Source of the DNA: Centroscyllium fabricii
Lineage: Eukaryota
Reading direction: 5' to 3'
Assembly: GCA_051313645.2 (NCBI GenBank)
Contig: JBNRSN020000014.1
Coordinates: forward strand, 34,348,001-34,412,000
Length of the DNA: 64,000 nt
Position numbers and translations under genes: made by a program. Below, one piece after another: positions 13,531-26,967 of this stretch. Numbering within the stretch: the stretch's first letter is position 1; each line of letters starts with the position of its first letter. Under the pieces are notes generated by a model. The model was given only the letters and a program-made list of their open reading frames with translations. It was not told where the DNA came from and did not search any database.

Positions 13531-14074
13531 CCAGCAGCCCCATCAGTCCGTGCAAAAGGAAACGACTGGCCGTCTCCTATTTTTAGATGCTGACAGACCT
13601 GATGTCATTCTAGCATTTTCTATTTTCGCTTCAATTTACAGCATATCTACTTGTTTTTCAATGCCAGTTAGAAGATGCTTACAACCATAATTTTTACAGT
13701 TGTGAAGTACTTCCCAGGAGCATATTCTCATCTGTTGAAATGCTACTTTATAAGGTTTGCAGTGATTTTGTAATTTGTACAGTTCCACTTCTTGGACCTG
13801 GATTTGAGTCTGGAAGTTATTTCCTGTTGAGGGTCTTATTTAGCCGGTTTTATATTTTGATTCAGATTCCAGAAGTCCACAAGTGGCACCCAGTTTTCAC
13901 ACTGTTAAATCCATATTCCATAGCGCAGTGGCAAATTCAGCGATCCAGAGCTCCTAGAATGTGAATGAAGAGCAGCTTTTTCAAAAGAAAGCGGCTCATG
14001 AAATGGCGCTGGGGCGGTTTGCGATCTGAGTTGCTGGTGAACGTGAGCCTTTAGCACCAAATCGGCAATGTCAA

Positions 14075-14203
14075 TCCACCTAGCTTTGATCTTTCTGTAC
14101 ATTGCAACAGTGGCCACACTTCAGAAAGCACTTCATTGGCTGTAAAGCGCTTTGGGATGTCCTGAGGTCATGAAAGGTGCTATATAAATGCAGGTCTTTC
14201 TTT
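14075..14203 (+). mobile_element. Deu/SacSINE1-like SINE 3' tail
   Basis: tacattgcaacagtg...ctgtaaagcgctttgggatgtcctgagg...gctatataaatgcaggtctttctttc; reverse complement of 36975-37080. Confidence 0.7.
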
Positions 14204-14731
14204 CTGTGCCGTGTAGCCGATCTTGGTGGAGTCATTGCTGGAGCTGCTTCTCGTGGCCTCAGTGCCCATTTTATTCAGGGATTGGGTGATGAGGAGGGAA
14301 CGTTCTCGCACCTGTTCGCCATCCAGTGACTCCTAGAATCATAGAAACCTAGTGCACAGAAGGAGGCCAGTTGGTCCATCGTGCCTGTGCTGGAGTTTTG
14401 AAAGGGCAATCATGCTTAGTCCCACATCCCTGCTTTTTGTCCCTAACACTAACTTCCTCATCCTCCAGTATCTGTCCAACTCCCCTTTTTAAAATTATGG
14501 ATGGAATTGGCTTCCGCCACCCATTCAGTTTCCAGATCCCAGCAACTCTTGAGTGGGGGGAAAAAATTCTCCTCATCTCCCCTCGAGATCTTTTGCAGTG
14601 ATTTTCAATCCATGGCCTCTAGTTATTGACCCACTCTCCAGAGGGAATAGCTTTTCTCGATGAAAACTTTTCATCATCTTGAAAACCTCTATTAGGTCAC
14701 CTCTTCACCTTCTCTGATCCAAGTGGAACAG

Positions 14732-15066
14732 AAAGAACAACCGAAAACACTGGAGAATCTCCGCAGGCCAGGCAGCATCGGTGGAGAGAGAAATGGAGTT
14801 AACGTTTCAGGTCGATGACCTTTCTTCAGAACTGGAGAAGCCAGGAGGGGGGTAGATTTTAAAGCTTGTGGGGGCTGGGGAAAGGTGGGGTGGGGGGGGG
14901 GGGGCTGAAAGAACAGGAAAGATCAGCGACAGGCTAGAAGACTGGGAAGATGAGAGACATTAGGAGTAATTCAAGGAACTCTGGATGGGTGTGAACGGCC
15001 TGCTGAGCTTCTCCAACGTTTTCTGTTATTTTGGATTTCCAGCATCTGCAGTATTTTACTATCGCC
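14732..15066 (-). mobile_element. Mini Penelope-like insertion (family 2) with inverted arms
   Basis: Near-TSD agtggaacag/agtagaacag (14722-14731, 15067-15076). Minus-strand subterminal arm, then plus-strand terminal arm ggcctgctgag...ttccagcatctgcagtatttt. Confidence 0.75.
14797..14833 (-). ncRNA. Minimal type I hammerhead ribozyme motif, core intact
   Basis: Minus strand agtt-CUGAAGA-a-aggtc/atc/gacct-GAAA-cgt-t-aact: stem I agtt/aact, stem II, palindromic ACGU stem III as in PLE-associated minimal hammerheads. Confidence 0.7.
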
Positions 15067-16464
15067 AGTAGAACAGTCCTAATGTTTGCAACCTCTCCTC
15101 CTATCTGAATTCCCTCATCCCTGGTAACATCCCAGTATATACCTCTGTACCCTTTCTAAGGCTGTTACATCTTTCCTGAAGTCTGGTGCCCAGAGTTGTC
15201 CACAATATTCCAGCTGAACGTAACCAGTGATTTTCAAGTTCCAGCTCCTGGTGGAAAGAAGTGTGTGGGTTAATGTGTTGGCAATGCTAATCATTAACTT
15301 CCAAAAGGTTTTTGTAAAATCCCATTTATTAGTGTGATTGTCCTTCTTGCTGATCAGTGTATGCTTTTTTTTTTTACGTAGCCTACTTTTGAAGATCCCC
15401 TGTGGCATGTTATTGTGGTGTAGCAATAGAAAGCAGAGGTGATGCTTCATTCACCAGGCTCTCTGGAGACTGACTGTAGCTGATCTGTTCCCCACTGTAA
15501 AATGGAGGCATTATTTGTAGTGTAAATTGATTTGCTTTTGGCCCAGAGGTTCTCCCATGTGGCGTGGCAGGGTCTAGAGACTGGTCTTAAGCAGTGGACT
15601 GGCCTGGTGCAGTTGGGGGAGATGCATCTGCAGTATCACAAGCATGGGCCTTCTGCAGCAGCCAAGATACCAGATGCTGTTGGCTGCTGCTACTGGGTTT
15701 ATGAAGCATGGTGGGGAAGATTGAAGTTGATGAGAGAAGGATGTGGGAGAGTGTGGTGCAGAATTCAGGAATAGGTGGTTGGTGACATGATCAAGTCTGA
15801 GGTCACAGTGATGAGTTGCATATCTTCCATGGCATGACTACTGATTGTGGTTACAATGGGAGTGCTGGTGTGCACACTATTTGAAACTTGTGGCTTTGTA
15901 TGCAGTTTCATTTTTATGGCTATTGAGCTTTGGTTACCCCTAAGCTAGATTCCTTTGAATGAAAATATGGACTAGTAAATGACTGGTGGATAAAAGCAAG
16001 TTACATATATAGGAACAGGAAATATGATGGCAGGTTGTCCATTGACCAAGATGGAAGCAATTTGTGAAACTTGGACTCGAATTGCAGGAAGAGGACACAA
16101 GTACCATGGCCAGAGACTTAAAGAAAATACACAGAAGTGGATATACATTTCTGCTTCAAGTAAAAGCACTTATTGGTATATTAACTCCTTTGGATGAGCT
16201 GTGTAAGTTACTTACTGTAAGAACAAAATGGAAAAAGTGTAAATGTAGACAGAGCTCCAATACTACATGGAACATCATGGTCCTTGTGGTGCTGGGACCA
16301 TGGAATTGTAAATTCTGGAAAGTCATGGTTGAATAATAGAAACATTTGTACAATGCCTTGTATTTCTCAATTGTTTCTGCAGACCTTGAATATGAGTTAC
16401 TTTGAAGTGCAGTTACTGTTATGGGGGCTGTTTTATATTAATGAATATAATGGGTTGTAATAAG

Positions 16465-16655
16465 AACATAACAAATAGGAACAGGAGTCGGCCACACGGC
16501 CCTTTCGAAACTGCTCCACCATTCAATAAGATCATGGATGAACTTCTACATCAGCTCCACTTTCCCGCCCGATCCCTTGATTCCCTTCGTGCCAAAAATC
16601 TATCGATCTCTGTCTTGAATACTCAACGCCTGACCATCCACAGCCCTCTGGGGTA
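16465..16655 (-). mobile_element. Old CR1 family A-like 3' tail
   Basis: aacataacaaataggaacaggagtcggcc...ctgctccaccattcaataagatcatgg. Confidence 0.7.
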
Positions 16656-17026
16656 GCGAATTGGTTGACTTGAAGATTTCCACGATTATCTTGGCATTCG
16701 GGGGAAACTTCACAAGATCTTGTGTTTTGCCCAGTTATCCTTCTCTTTCCGAGTATTTGTTTGGTCAAGCACATGAAGCAAATCCCATGTGACCAGTAGA
16801 AGTGGGCTGAGTGGCCTTTGGAATCCAGTTACAGTCAGAGTAGCAGTTTTGGTGGTCTTGCTCTGCAGCTTTTTTGATTTATTTTTCAGATGTTAAATAT
16901 TCGGACATGTTTTCGTAGCTCTTGATTATTGAGTGACTGTCAACTGGTTTCTATTGAGGAACACTGAAGCAAAATGAATAAGAAGTTGCCACCTCTTTGT
17001 GATCTGGAGCCCCATTGTTATCCATT

Positions 17027-17150
17027 TCAATTCAATTTTTCAATTTAAAAAACTTTATTGGCATGACAGGATACATCCCTATGTTGCCAAAGTATAAAAC
17101 ATAACATACATAGTTAAAATGCATAGATACAGATACAGGTATACAATGTA
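17027..17150 (-). mobile_element. RTE-X-like 3' tail fragment (a similar one lies at about 19550-19680)
   Basis: ttcaattcaa...ctttattggcatga...atgttgccaaag, same as the tail at 7930-7990. Confidence 0.6.
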
Positions 17151-17954
17151 TCCTTGGATCAAGCTATCTGCCTCTTTTGCTATCGTATCTGCCTCTTTAT
17201 TTGACTGGACTGTCCAGATCAGCCTGCACTGACTTGGGGCTGGTGGGTCGGGCTTTTTTTCTGAACTCTTCAATTTCCTACCCCCTTGCACGGGTCGTTC
17301 TGGTGGTTTAAGTGGCTGATGTCTGCTTGTTTGCTTGTTAACTTGAACAGGATTGGGAACTTGCCTCATGGAGTCTGGGATCAAGGATTGTATTACAATG
17401 TGTGGGTAAATGTTCTGATTTTACAGTTAAGCCCAATAATTACATACTGAAGAGCAGCATTACAGCACATCTTCAGTTGCCTGCAATGTACAGACGGCTG
17501 TATTAAGTTCCACGGGGGAGGAGGCACAGGATGCAGCTAATGTTGCATCTCTTTTTTAACGTTCTCTGGGAAGACCTGTTAAATTTGTTTTGTTGATTAA
17601 ACCCGAGGTTGTGTGATTGAACTTTGTTCATATTTGACATGAAAAGCCAAGATGTGCTTTGCAACTGATTTCACCAGATTTTTCTTTTCATCCAATTTAA
17701 AGAACAAATAAAACTTGAAACTCTGAAGGCCTATTTTAACCATGTGGTTTTCCCGTCGTCATGGACAGGTTACTAACCCATTTGGCAGTGAGCTGCTTTA
17801 GAGGGCCCAGCTGACCTGTGTAAGGGCCTTCGCTTCATTGTGGGTATCTTGGCCACATCAGGAAGCTTCCCACTTGGTGCGAAAATAACTGGAACCTCTT
17901 TTGGGGGGGGGGGGTTTGTCCTAAACTACTCATTTGTTGCTGAAGATTCATGTA

Positions 17955-18460
17955 ATAACAGAAAATGCTGGAAAAACTCAGCAGGCTAGGCAGCATCGGT
18001 GGAGAGAGAAACCGAGTTGATGTTTCAGGTCGAAGACCTTTTGTCAGAACTGGGGGAAAAACAGGAGCGGGGATAGATTTTAAAACAAGTAGGGGCTGGG
18101 GAAAGGGGGAGGGGTGAAAGAACAAAAGGGAGGGTCAGCGACAGGATAGAAAGCGGGAGAGATTGAGACATTAAGAGATATTCAAGGAACACAGGATGGC
18201 TCTGGATGAAGTGTGTGGCTCTGGCAGCGAGAAGAAAAAAGCCCAGACAAAAGTGTGGATTAAAAAAAATAATAAAAAAAAATATGCGTGCGTGTCAGAC
18301 GGTGAGGTCTGAATGGGAGTGGAGTGGAGAATTAAAGTGACAGGCCACCGGGAGCGTGGGTCACCCTTACAGACAGTACCGGAGGTGTTCTGCAAAGCGG
18401 TCGCCCAATCTGCGTTTGGGCTCCCCAATGTAGAGGAGACCACACCGTGAGCAACACCAT
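17955..18460 (-). mobile_element. Penelope-like element family 2, 3' fragment (GIY-YIG remnant and pLTR)
   Basis: Minus strand SRCGLLYIGEPKRRLGDRFAEHLR, then 3' UTR with mutated hammerhead CTGACAA..GAAA near 18015-18051. Confidence 0.8.
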
Positions 18461-20847
18461 GTGAAGATTCGCGTGATGCCGATTGATTAGAAATTTAGTT
18501 GAACTCCCTATGAGATCCAGATTCATTGAATTTGCCTGGAAAATCAAGCCATGTGAAAGGCCAGACCAGCCTTCTTCAGATTTAAGTCTCCATTTGTGCA
18601 AACTGAGTCCAATTTGTGCCAGTTTTTGTTGTGAACTTTTCCTTCATTCTGTTACTCATTACTTTTGGCATGCGGACTTGCATTTCTATGTGACTGACAA
18701 GGTGTCGGGTTTTCTTTGTTCCGTAGTACGCTAGTGGCCGCATCAGATATGTTACCAAATCCAAATTCTTGGGTACTATCCCCCTTGCACTCAGCGTGTG
18801 GGATTCTGTGCGACCAGACCAGCTCCCATTCATGCCCAGCACCCGGAATTTGTTTTCTAAACATCGTGCTCTTTTTCTGCACATCGGTACACTAAGTAAA
18901 ACCACTGCCAAGTATCACTGAGCTGCCAATAAATTTTGGATTTCTAAGCATTTTTGTGCAGAATGTTGGGCAGTGTTGTTCAGATTGAATTGCTGACTGT
19001 GCCTGTGGTTCAAAGATTAGTCGGTGACTTTTTCACCAGTTTACAGAAATCCTGATCTGAGCCCAACAGGAGTACAGTCTGATTCTGGTAAAGGAGGGGC
19101 GATCAGGAGTACCCTAATCCCTATAGAGGCAGCCAGTTTGGTTAATTATTTCGTTGGGAGTTTGAAATGTGGTATGGTTTCTATCTCGCTAGTTCTAGGG
19201 GCAATGTAAAGAAAGTAGGAGCATTTCAGTTCCATTATTCATTTCATTCTGGTTTATCTTCTTTATAGATTTTCTAATATCCCTCTGCTTGAATCTTAAT
19301 AAAAATATTTTGTATTGTAAATCATTGGGTCTGGCCTTTTGTGTTAACTTGCTTTCTCTCTCATTTGCTTATCTATTTATCCTTCCATTTCTGCTTTCTT
19401 GCCCACCACATTTAACGATTCTTCATTGGGTCTCTTGTGGGATTTAATTAGGTTTTGTGAAATCGGGTCTGTTCATCTTCTGATCGTCCAATGTAATGAC
19501 TGTCCAATCACTGGTTTTCAAGTATTCCCCGACAACTCCAATTTCTTCCAAATTCAAATTCAAATAGCTTTATTGGCATGAATGGTATCAACCGTTGTTG
19601 CCAAAGCATTGTAATATACACAAAAATAGTACATTAATAGACGTAATAACAACAGTACAAACAGAATATATACATCTTCAGCTTGATGCTTCAACACTGT
19701 CAGGACTGGGCTCTTGCCTGATCCCTGCTGTCCTGTACTTTAAGCAATCCTACATCTGTAAGCTGAACTGCCTCTTTTGAAAGTCCCTCCCTCAGTGTAA
19801 ATTATAGGGTAATTAGGTTCACCACTGAATTAATGCCTTTTTAATTGAAGTAATTGTCCACCAAGTTTCGAGAATAAACTGTAGTGGGAGAATAAGGAAG
19901 TTTGAGCCTTTCATTTCGTAAAACTAACTTTCGCTCGTGTTTAAAGGGTCTGCAATAAAGCAGAACATTTGTACACCAGGGAGTTGCTGGGAAATAAGTA
20001 ATTTTCTCGGAGGCTGTGATGCAGTCATGCGGGACAGAACTTGTTGATTGCAGAATTTGTGCTGGAGCTTCTATTTTTATCATGAAAGTAACCAGCCAAT
20101 TCGGTTTGTTAAATGATGTGCTCCTAAGAAGCTGTAAAGTGTAGTTTCCAGCTAGAGATTCTACATCTTGTCCAATTAATCATGAGCCGGCTGCTCTCCA
20201 TTGCTTTTCTGGGTTGCCACATTCCTGTCTGCATCCCAGAAACTGCAGCTGAATTGTGTATGGAGTGGGGGGAAAGAGGAGGACCAGTTGGCCGCTTTGT
20301 TGGGTAGTTATTGCATCTCCTAGGGCTGTTTGCTGAACAGGAAAACCAGCATTTTACTGTGTGCCTGGATTTTGGTGGTTTTGTTACATAATTAGGGTTA
20401 ACCTGACTAATGACGGCTGTGGTTTTATTGTACTGCTATCAAGAAATAGACTGACTTCTGTGAGGTGCTTACGTGGCTTACATTAACCCTTGGATTTATG
20501 GAAGCTTTGTAGAGCTTTTGAATTCTTTAAGTGTTTAAAAAAACACTTGCTATTCTCGAGTTTGCTCTTTCACGTGCTTTCTTTCTGTCTCTCACCATGG
20601 CCGCTGCCCCACCAATTCACCCTCTTGCTGCCTCTTCAAAATTCTCATTATCGACCTCTTTCCTGAGATCGTCTCCTTTCTTTGTTCCGCCTCTACACTG
20701 CGCATCTGCTTGTCCTCTGTGATTTCAATCTTCACCTTGGATTCCCTTGCCTGCCCCCCAAGCCCCTCTCCAAATCACCATCCTCCTGGCTTCTCTAAAC
20801 CTCTGCTCTGTTACTTACAACCGTACTTTGAAACTGCCTAACCTTTG

Positions 20848-21980
20848 TCATAGTCATAGAGTTATACAGCACAGAAAGAGGCCCTTCGGCCCATCGCGTC
20901 TATGCCGGCCATCGAGCCCTGTATTCTAATCCCATTTTCCTGCATTTGGTCCGTAGCCTTGTATGCTGTGGCACTTCAAGTGCTCATCCAAATGCTTCTT
21001 GAATGTTGAGGGTTCCTGCCTCTACCACCCTTTCAGGCAGAGTGTTCCAGATTCCAACCACCCTCTGGCTGAAAATGTTCTTCCTCAAATCCCTCTAAAC
21101 CTCCCGCCCCTTATCTTGAAACAATGTCCCCTGGTTATTGGCCCCTCTACCAAGGGAAAAAGTTCCTTTTCTATCTACCCTATCTGTGCCCCTCATAATT
21201 TTGTACACCTCAATCAGGTCCCCCTCAGCCTTCTCTGCTCCAAGGAAAACAACCCCAGCCTGTCCAGTCTTTCTTCATAGCTGAAGTGCTCCAGCCCAGG
21301 TAACATCCTGGTGAATCTCCTCTGCACCCTCTTCAAAGCAATCACATCCTTCCTATAGTGTGGCGACCAGAACTGCACACAGTACTCCAGCTGTGGCCTT
21401 ACTAGTGTTTTGTACAGCTCCATCATAACCTCCCTGCTCTTATATTCTATGCCTCGGCTAATGAAGGCAAGTATCCCATATGCCTTTTTAACCACCTTGT
21501 CTACCTGTCCTGCTGCCTTCAGGGATCTATGTACATGCACACCAAGGTCCTCTGATCCTCTGTCTTTCCTAGGATCTTACCATTCATTGTGTATTCCCTT
21601 GCCTCATTAGTCCTTCCAAAATGCATCACCTCACACTTTTCAGGGTTAAATTCCATTTGCCACTGTACCACCCATCTGACCAACCCATCTATATCGTCCT
21701 GCAGACTGAGGCTTCCCTCCTCGCTGTCTACCACCCCACCAATTTTCGTGTTATCTGCGAACTTACTGATCATACCTTCTACATTCAGATCCAAATCATT
21801 AATGTAGACTACAAACAGCAAGGGACCCAGCACCGATCCCTGCAGTACCCCACTGGACACAGGCTTCCAGTCACAAAAACAACCTTTGACCATCACATTC
21901 TGTCACTAAGCCAGTTTTGGATCCACTGTGGCAAGGTGGCCTGGATCCCATGGGCTCTTACCTTCTTGACCAGTCTCCTG
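20848..21980 (-). mobile_element. 5'-truncated CR1 family B LINE
   Basis: ORFs 21519-21896 (SGVLQGSVLGPLLF, FADNTK) and 21214-21540 (YKTLVRPQLEYCVQFWSP). Confidence 0.92.
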
Positions 21981-22149
21981 TGCCCTTCCATCTGCCACGA
22001 TACCTCTGCAGTTGTCAATTTTTGCCAAACCACAACTCTCCCTCAATCTCTGAAACCCTATACTGTCTACCCATCCCTGTTATTGCCCCCAATATGGACC
22101 AATTTTTTTTCCTGACGTCTGAGGCGCACAAACTTGACTGTACCTGGAG

Positions 22150-23100
22150 CACAACAGTCTATTGCCAGATCGAGCTTGGCAACATCTGAGTTTTACTGGG
22201 CCTCCACCTCATCTGCCAAAATTGGCCACAACACTTGGATCACCCTGGAGGGATCAAGATAACCCCAGACTCCCTTCCTGTACTACCAATCATTCCCCTT
22301 AAACCACTCTCCCTTGCCCCTCCACCACCTTCTCTAAACAAGTGCGAGGAGCTAATTGATTTCTTCATCAATCATGAGGTTATTTCTTCAATAATGAGAT
22401 TTTGCCCAACTGGCTCCACCTTTCCCCCTTTCCCTTGCTTCCTAAGCTGCACCACCATCATTGCTTCCCTGCACTCAAAAGATCATCTTGCCCATGGGAC
22501 CTACCTCCTGCTCCCTCGACTCCATTCCCATTAAATTAATGGCTTCCCCACTTGGCCCCCAAGCTATCTGACATTGTAAATTGTCCTCATCCCCTTTCTT
22601 CTTAAACTGTATCACCCTGCCCTCACTTCAATCTCTGAGCTTCCCTCCCGTTCTTTTTAAAGATCCTTTGATGTGTTGCCTTCCATCTCCGTGCCTCTGT
22701 CTTCCACAGCTCCAAGTCAATCCCTCCCTCCTACAGCACTAAAAAGTCCTAATCAAAGTTATGAGCAACACTGTTTGTGACTGTAGTCTCTTCATCATCC
22801 TCTGGACTATCATCGCAGCCGAGACATCTCGAACGGGTTCTCTCCTACCCGTGTATCATTCTCGCGCCATTGCTTCTGCAGTCCTCCAAAGATCCAACCA
22901 TGACGCACTCTCTTCCCCATCTACATGCCGCCCCTCAGCGACCACATCCACAGAGATGGGGACAGATTCCTCATGTATGCTGATGATACCCAGCTCTACC
23001 TTGTCACCACCACTCCCTCAATATGTCCACAGCATCTGTGCTATTGGAATGCTTGTTGACATCCAGTCTTGGATGAGTCTTTCAGCTAAACCTTGGGAAA
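22150..23100 (+). mobile_element. Highly degenerate L2 LINE
   Basis: C/T-rich; acaagtgcgaggagcta..gatttctt, atgtatgctgatgatacccagctctac (YADDTQLY) and gacatccagtcttggatgag motifs. Confidence 0.65.
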
Positions 23101-23289
23101 ACAAGTCTTTGGCCCCTGATACAAACTTTGCTCCTCAATTTCATCCTCCATCTTTTAGTTTTGTAAAGACATTAACTTGAGCATATAGTTAAATGAGCAT
23201 AATTTGAATTGCTGTCTGAGTATTTCTCAATGTATGTCTGCATTGTAGGTGTAGAACTTTTCTGTGGTTTCTTTTGCCCAACAATAGAA

Positions 23290-25310
23290 CAGTGGTTATG
23301 TTACTGGACTAGACTTGGACTAATGACCCAGAGCCAAGAGTTCAAATCCCACTGCCGCAGCTGGGGAATTTAAATTCAGATAATTAAATAAAACTGGAAT
23401 CAAAAGCTAGTATCGTGATCATGAAACTATCGGATTGTTGCAAAGATCCTTCTGGTTCACTAATGTCCTTTTAGGGAAGGAAACTGGCCGTCCTTGTCTG
23501 GCCCATGTGTGACTCCAAACCCACAACAATGTGGTTGATTCTTCAATGCCCTTTGAAATGGCCCAGCAAGCCACTCAGTTGTAACAAACTGCTGTGAAAA
23601 ACAATAATAAGAATAAAACTGGACAGACCACTCGGCACCGGCTATCGTCACGACAACGGCAGACCCAGCCCAGTCGACCCTGCAAAGTCCCCCTCACTAA
23701 AATCTAGGGACTTCTGCCAAAATTGGGAGAGCTGTCACACAGACTTTTCAAGCCAATAACCTGACATTGCCCTACTCACAGAATCATACCTTTCAGCCAA
23801 TGTCCCAGACTCCTCCATCACCATCCCTGGGTATGTCCTGTCCCACCGGCAGGACAGACCCACCAGAGGTAGTGGCACAGTGGTATACAGTCGGGAAGGA
23901 GTGGCCCTGGGAGTCTTCAACATTGACTCTGGACCTATGCAGTCTCAAGGCTTCAGGTCAAGCATGGGCAAGGAAACTTCCGGCTGATTACCACCTCAGC
24001 TGATGACTCCGTACTCCTCCATGTTGAACACCACTTGGAAGAAGCACCGAGAGCAGCAAGGGCACAGAATGTACTCTGGGTGGGGGATTCAATGTCCACC
24101 AAGAGTGACTCGGTAGCACCACTACTGACTGAGCTGGTCGAATCCTGAAGGACATAACTGCCAGACAGGGCTTGCAGCATGTGGTGAGAGAACCAACACA
24201 AGGGGAAAAATCTACTGGACATCGTCCTCACCAATGTTCCTGTTACAGATGCATCTATCCATGGTAGCAGTGACCACCCCACAGTCCTTTTGGAGACGAA
24301 GTCCTGTCTTCACACTGTGATGCCCTCCATTGTGTTGTGTGGCACTACCGCCATGCTAAATGGGATAGATTCAGAACAGATCTAGCAGCTCAAAACTGGG
24401 CATTCATGAGGCGCTGTGGGCCATCAGCAGCAGCAGAATTGTATTCCACCACAATCAGTAACCTCATGGCCTGGCATATCCCTCACTCAACCATTAACAT
24501 CAAGCCAAGGGAACCAACCCTGGTTCAATGAGTGTAGAAGAGCATGCCAGGAGCAGCACAAGGCGTACCTAAAAAAAAGTGCCAACCTGGGGAAGCTGCA
24601 ACACAGGACTACATAAACAGCGGAAGCAGCATGCTATAGACAGAGCTAATTGATCCCACAATCAACAGATCAGATCAAAGATCTGTAATCCTGCTGCTTA
24701 CAGTCATGAATGGTGGTGGACCATTAAAACAACTAACTGGAGGAGGAGACTCATGAATATACCCATCCTCAATGATGATGGAGCCCAGCATGTGAGTGTA
24801 AAAGTCAAAGCTGAAGCGTTTGCAACCATCTTCAGTCAGAAGTGCCGAGTGAATGATCCATATCATCGTCCTCCTGAGGTCCCGACCATCACAGAAGCCA
24901 GTCTACAGCCAATTTGATTCACTCCACGTGATATCAAGAAACAGCTGAGCGCACTGGATAGAGCAAAGGCTATGGGCCCCAACATCATCCCAGCTGTCAT
25001 GCTGACGTCTTGTGCTCCAGAACTAGCTGTGCCTCCAGCCAAGCTGTTCCAGTACCACTACAACACTGTCTGATAGATACCAATGTGGAAAAGTGCCCAG
25101 GTATGTCCTGTCCACAAAAAGCAGGACAAATCCAATCCGGCCAATTACCGCCCCATCAGTCTACTCTCGATCATCAGCAAAGTGATGGAAGGTGGCATCA
25201 ACCGTGCTATCAAGTGGTACTTATTCATCAATAACCTGCTCACTGATGCCCAGTTTGGGTTCTGCCAAGACCACTCGGCTCCCGACCTCATTACAGCCTT
25301 GGTCCAAACA
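23290..25310 (+). mobile_element. Zenon-like CR1-group LINE 5' portion with tRNA-like head, APE endonuclease and N-terminal RT, disrupted and 3'-truncated
   Basis: Head agtggttatgttactggac...gagttcaaatccc; PDI.LTESYLSANVPDSSITIPGYVLSHRQDR (APE); WKSAQVCPVHKKQDKSNPANYRPISLLSIISKVME...QFGF (ORF 25083-25412). Confidence 0.8.
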
Positions 25311-25619
25311 TGCCTGGTTCCAAGCCACTTCCAAGCGGAGTGGAAAAATATTGAACGCAGAGTAATGAGCAGGTACCAGCATCAGGGCAATTCTTCCCTT
25401 CCTGGAGTTTGACTGGGTAGTTTGTACAACTGCACAGTGGGCGAGGTCGGTACGGCCGGATACGGCCTGCTTTATACATTCAGAAATTAATAATTCACCT
25501 TTTTCATGGTGGGATAGTTCCCAGATCTTTCATGTATATTAAAGACTGACTATATAAGCTAACCTAGAAAAGTAGTAAAAGCCAACCGCCTTAAACAGCT
25601 GAGTATATAACAATAATTG

Positions 25620-26580
25620 ATATTTCTACATCGCTTATTATGTATGAAGAGATGCCTCCGTGCTTTAGTGTGTTATCAAACCATGGGGACTGGTAAAGGA
25701 ATGGAGAAAAATGGTTGAAATGAAAGGCCTTGAGCAGTGGTTTTTGAGGGCACAGAGGGAGGTGGCATGCTGGGGATGCTGACTGAGAATGTTCCAGTTG
25801 AAGGGGGGAGGGGAGAACCAGGTGGCTGATGGAGTGGCTGCCAATATATGGAGCAGGAAATGAGAATGAGGTCGGTGTTGGGAGAACTGGGAGGTCTATA
25901 CAGACGTGGGGCTGGAGGACGTCATGTAGGTGAATCAGATCCAGGGATTTGAATGCGAGGGCCAGAATCTTTAAAGTCAACTCTCTGGGATTTGAGAAGC
26001 TGGTGGAGCTCGGTGAGGATGGGAGCAAGGGGGAATAAGGCCTTTGTGTGGGTGAGGACATGGGCTGCCCAGTTCTGGATGACTTGCAGTTCATGAATGG
26101 TTGGCGTGAAGAGCTTTGGAGAACAGTTGAGGCGATTAAAGGCATTGATTTAGGATTTTGGAGGAGTGGGGCAATGGCTGGCGATGTTGTGGCAGTGAGA
26201 GAATGCATTCTTGGTGATGGGTCAGGCTTTGGCAGGAAGGGAGCTCTGGGCATGCACTGCACCAAGGTTCTGCACCTTGAAATGCTAGAATCGAGGCAGC
26301 AGCTGGGGAGGGAGATGGATTTGAGACCAGAGACTCTAATCTGTTTGGGAGAGCCAAAGTGGATGGCTTTGGGTTTGCTGGAGCTAAACTGGAGGAAGCT
26401 TTGGCTGGTCCAAGTCTTGATGTCTGATAGGCAGCTGAAGATGGTGGTAGCAGCTGTGGGGGTCATTAGTGAGGTGGAGCTGGATGTCATGAGCACATGA
26501 AACATAACCTTGTGCTTCCAGGTAAGGTCACTGGGTCGGGGCAGGGGCAGGGTTGGAGAATGATGGGGTCCTGGGGTACA
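25620..26580 (-). mobile_element. Degenerate L2 LINE 3' half
   Basis: ORF 25591-26610 retains CLSDIKTW.SQSFLQF...K and LKILALAFKSL L2 motifs amid frameshifted sequence. Confidence 0.7.
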
Positions 26581-26932
26581 CCGCCGATTATCAAGCGAAC
26601 ACCGGAGCATTGATCATTTGAGGTGATTTAAAGACTATGGTGCAAGAATTTAGATCTATTACTTACTACATTTTGTTACAACATACCCAGCATTTCATCC
26701 CTTTGGCAGATGATTGTGGGAAAGATTGCAGGGACTTTGCATGAGAAATTGTACATTATTCTAGTTTATTGGCAATCTGTTACTAAAACTGTTTTTGTTT
26801 AACTGACCTGACACTCGCTTCACTCTCTCTTTCTCCCCTTTCTGTTTACACAGGCATTCTTTTCGCTCTACTCCACAACCTGATTCAAGCTTACACAACA
26901 CCAGGTTATAGTCCAACAGTTTTATTTGAAAT

Positions 26933-26967
26933 CACAAGCTTTCGGAGCGTAGCTCCTTCATCAGGTG
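26933..26967 (-). ncRNA. Minimal type I hammerhead ribozyme motif, core intact, in the inverted pLTR
   Basis: Minus strand cac-CUGAUGA-a-ggagc/uac/gcucc-GAAA-gcu-u-gug; palindromic AGCU stem III. Confidence 0.75.

Larger units (their letters stand above)
14338..15215 (-). mobile_element. Old CR1 3' fragment hosting a mini-PLE insertion
   Basis: atcatagaa..cacagaaggaggcc tail; LEYCGQLWAPDFRKDVTALERVQR in ORF 15115-15450. Confidence 0.7.

Noticed and set aside
25591-26610. 339-aa ORF as a host gene
   Set aside because: Stop-poor reading through a decayed, frameshifted L2 element with only patches of L2 motifs.
26800-26880. Strong splice acceptor (ctgac...pyrimidine tract...acacag) just before the PLE
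   Set aside because: No RAB11FIP-like coding sequence or convincing donor follows; pyrimidine tracts are common in L2 debris.
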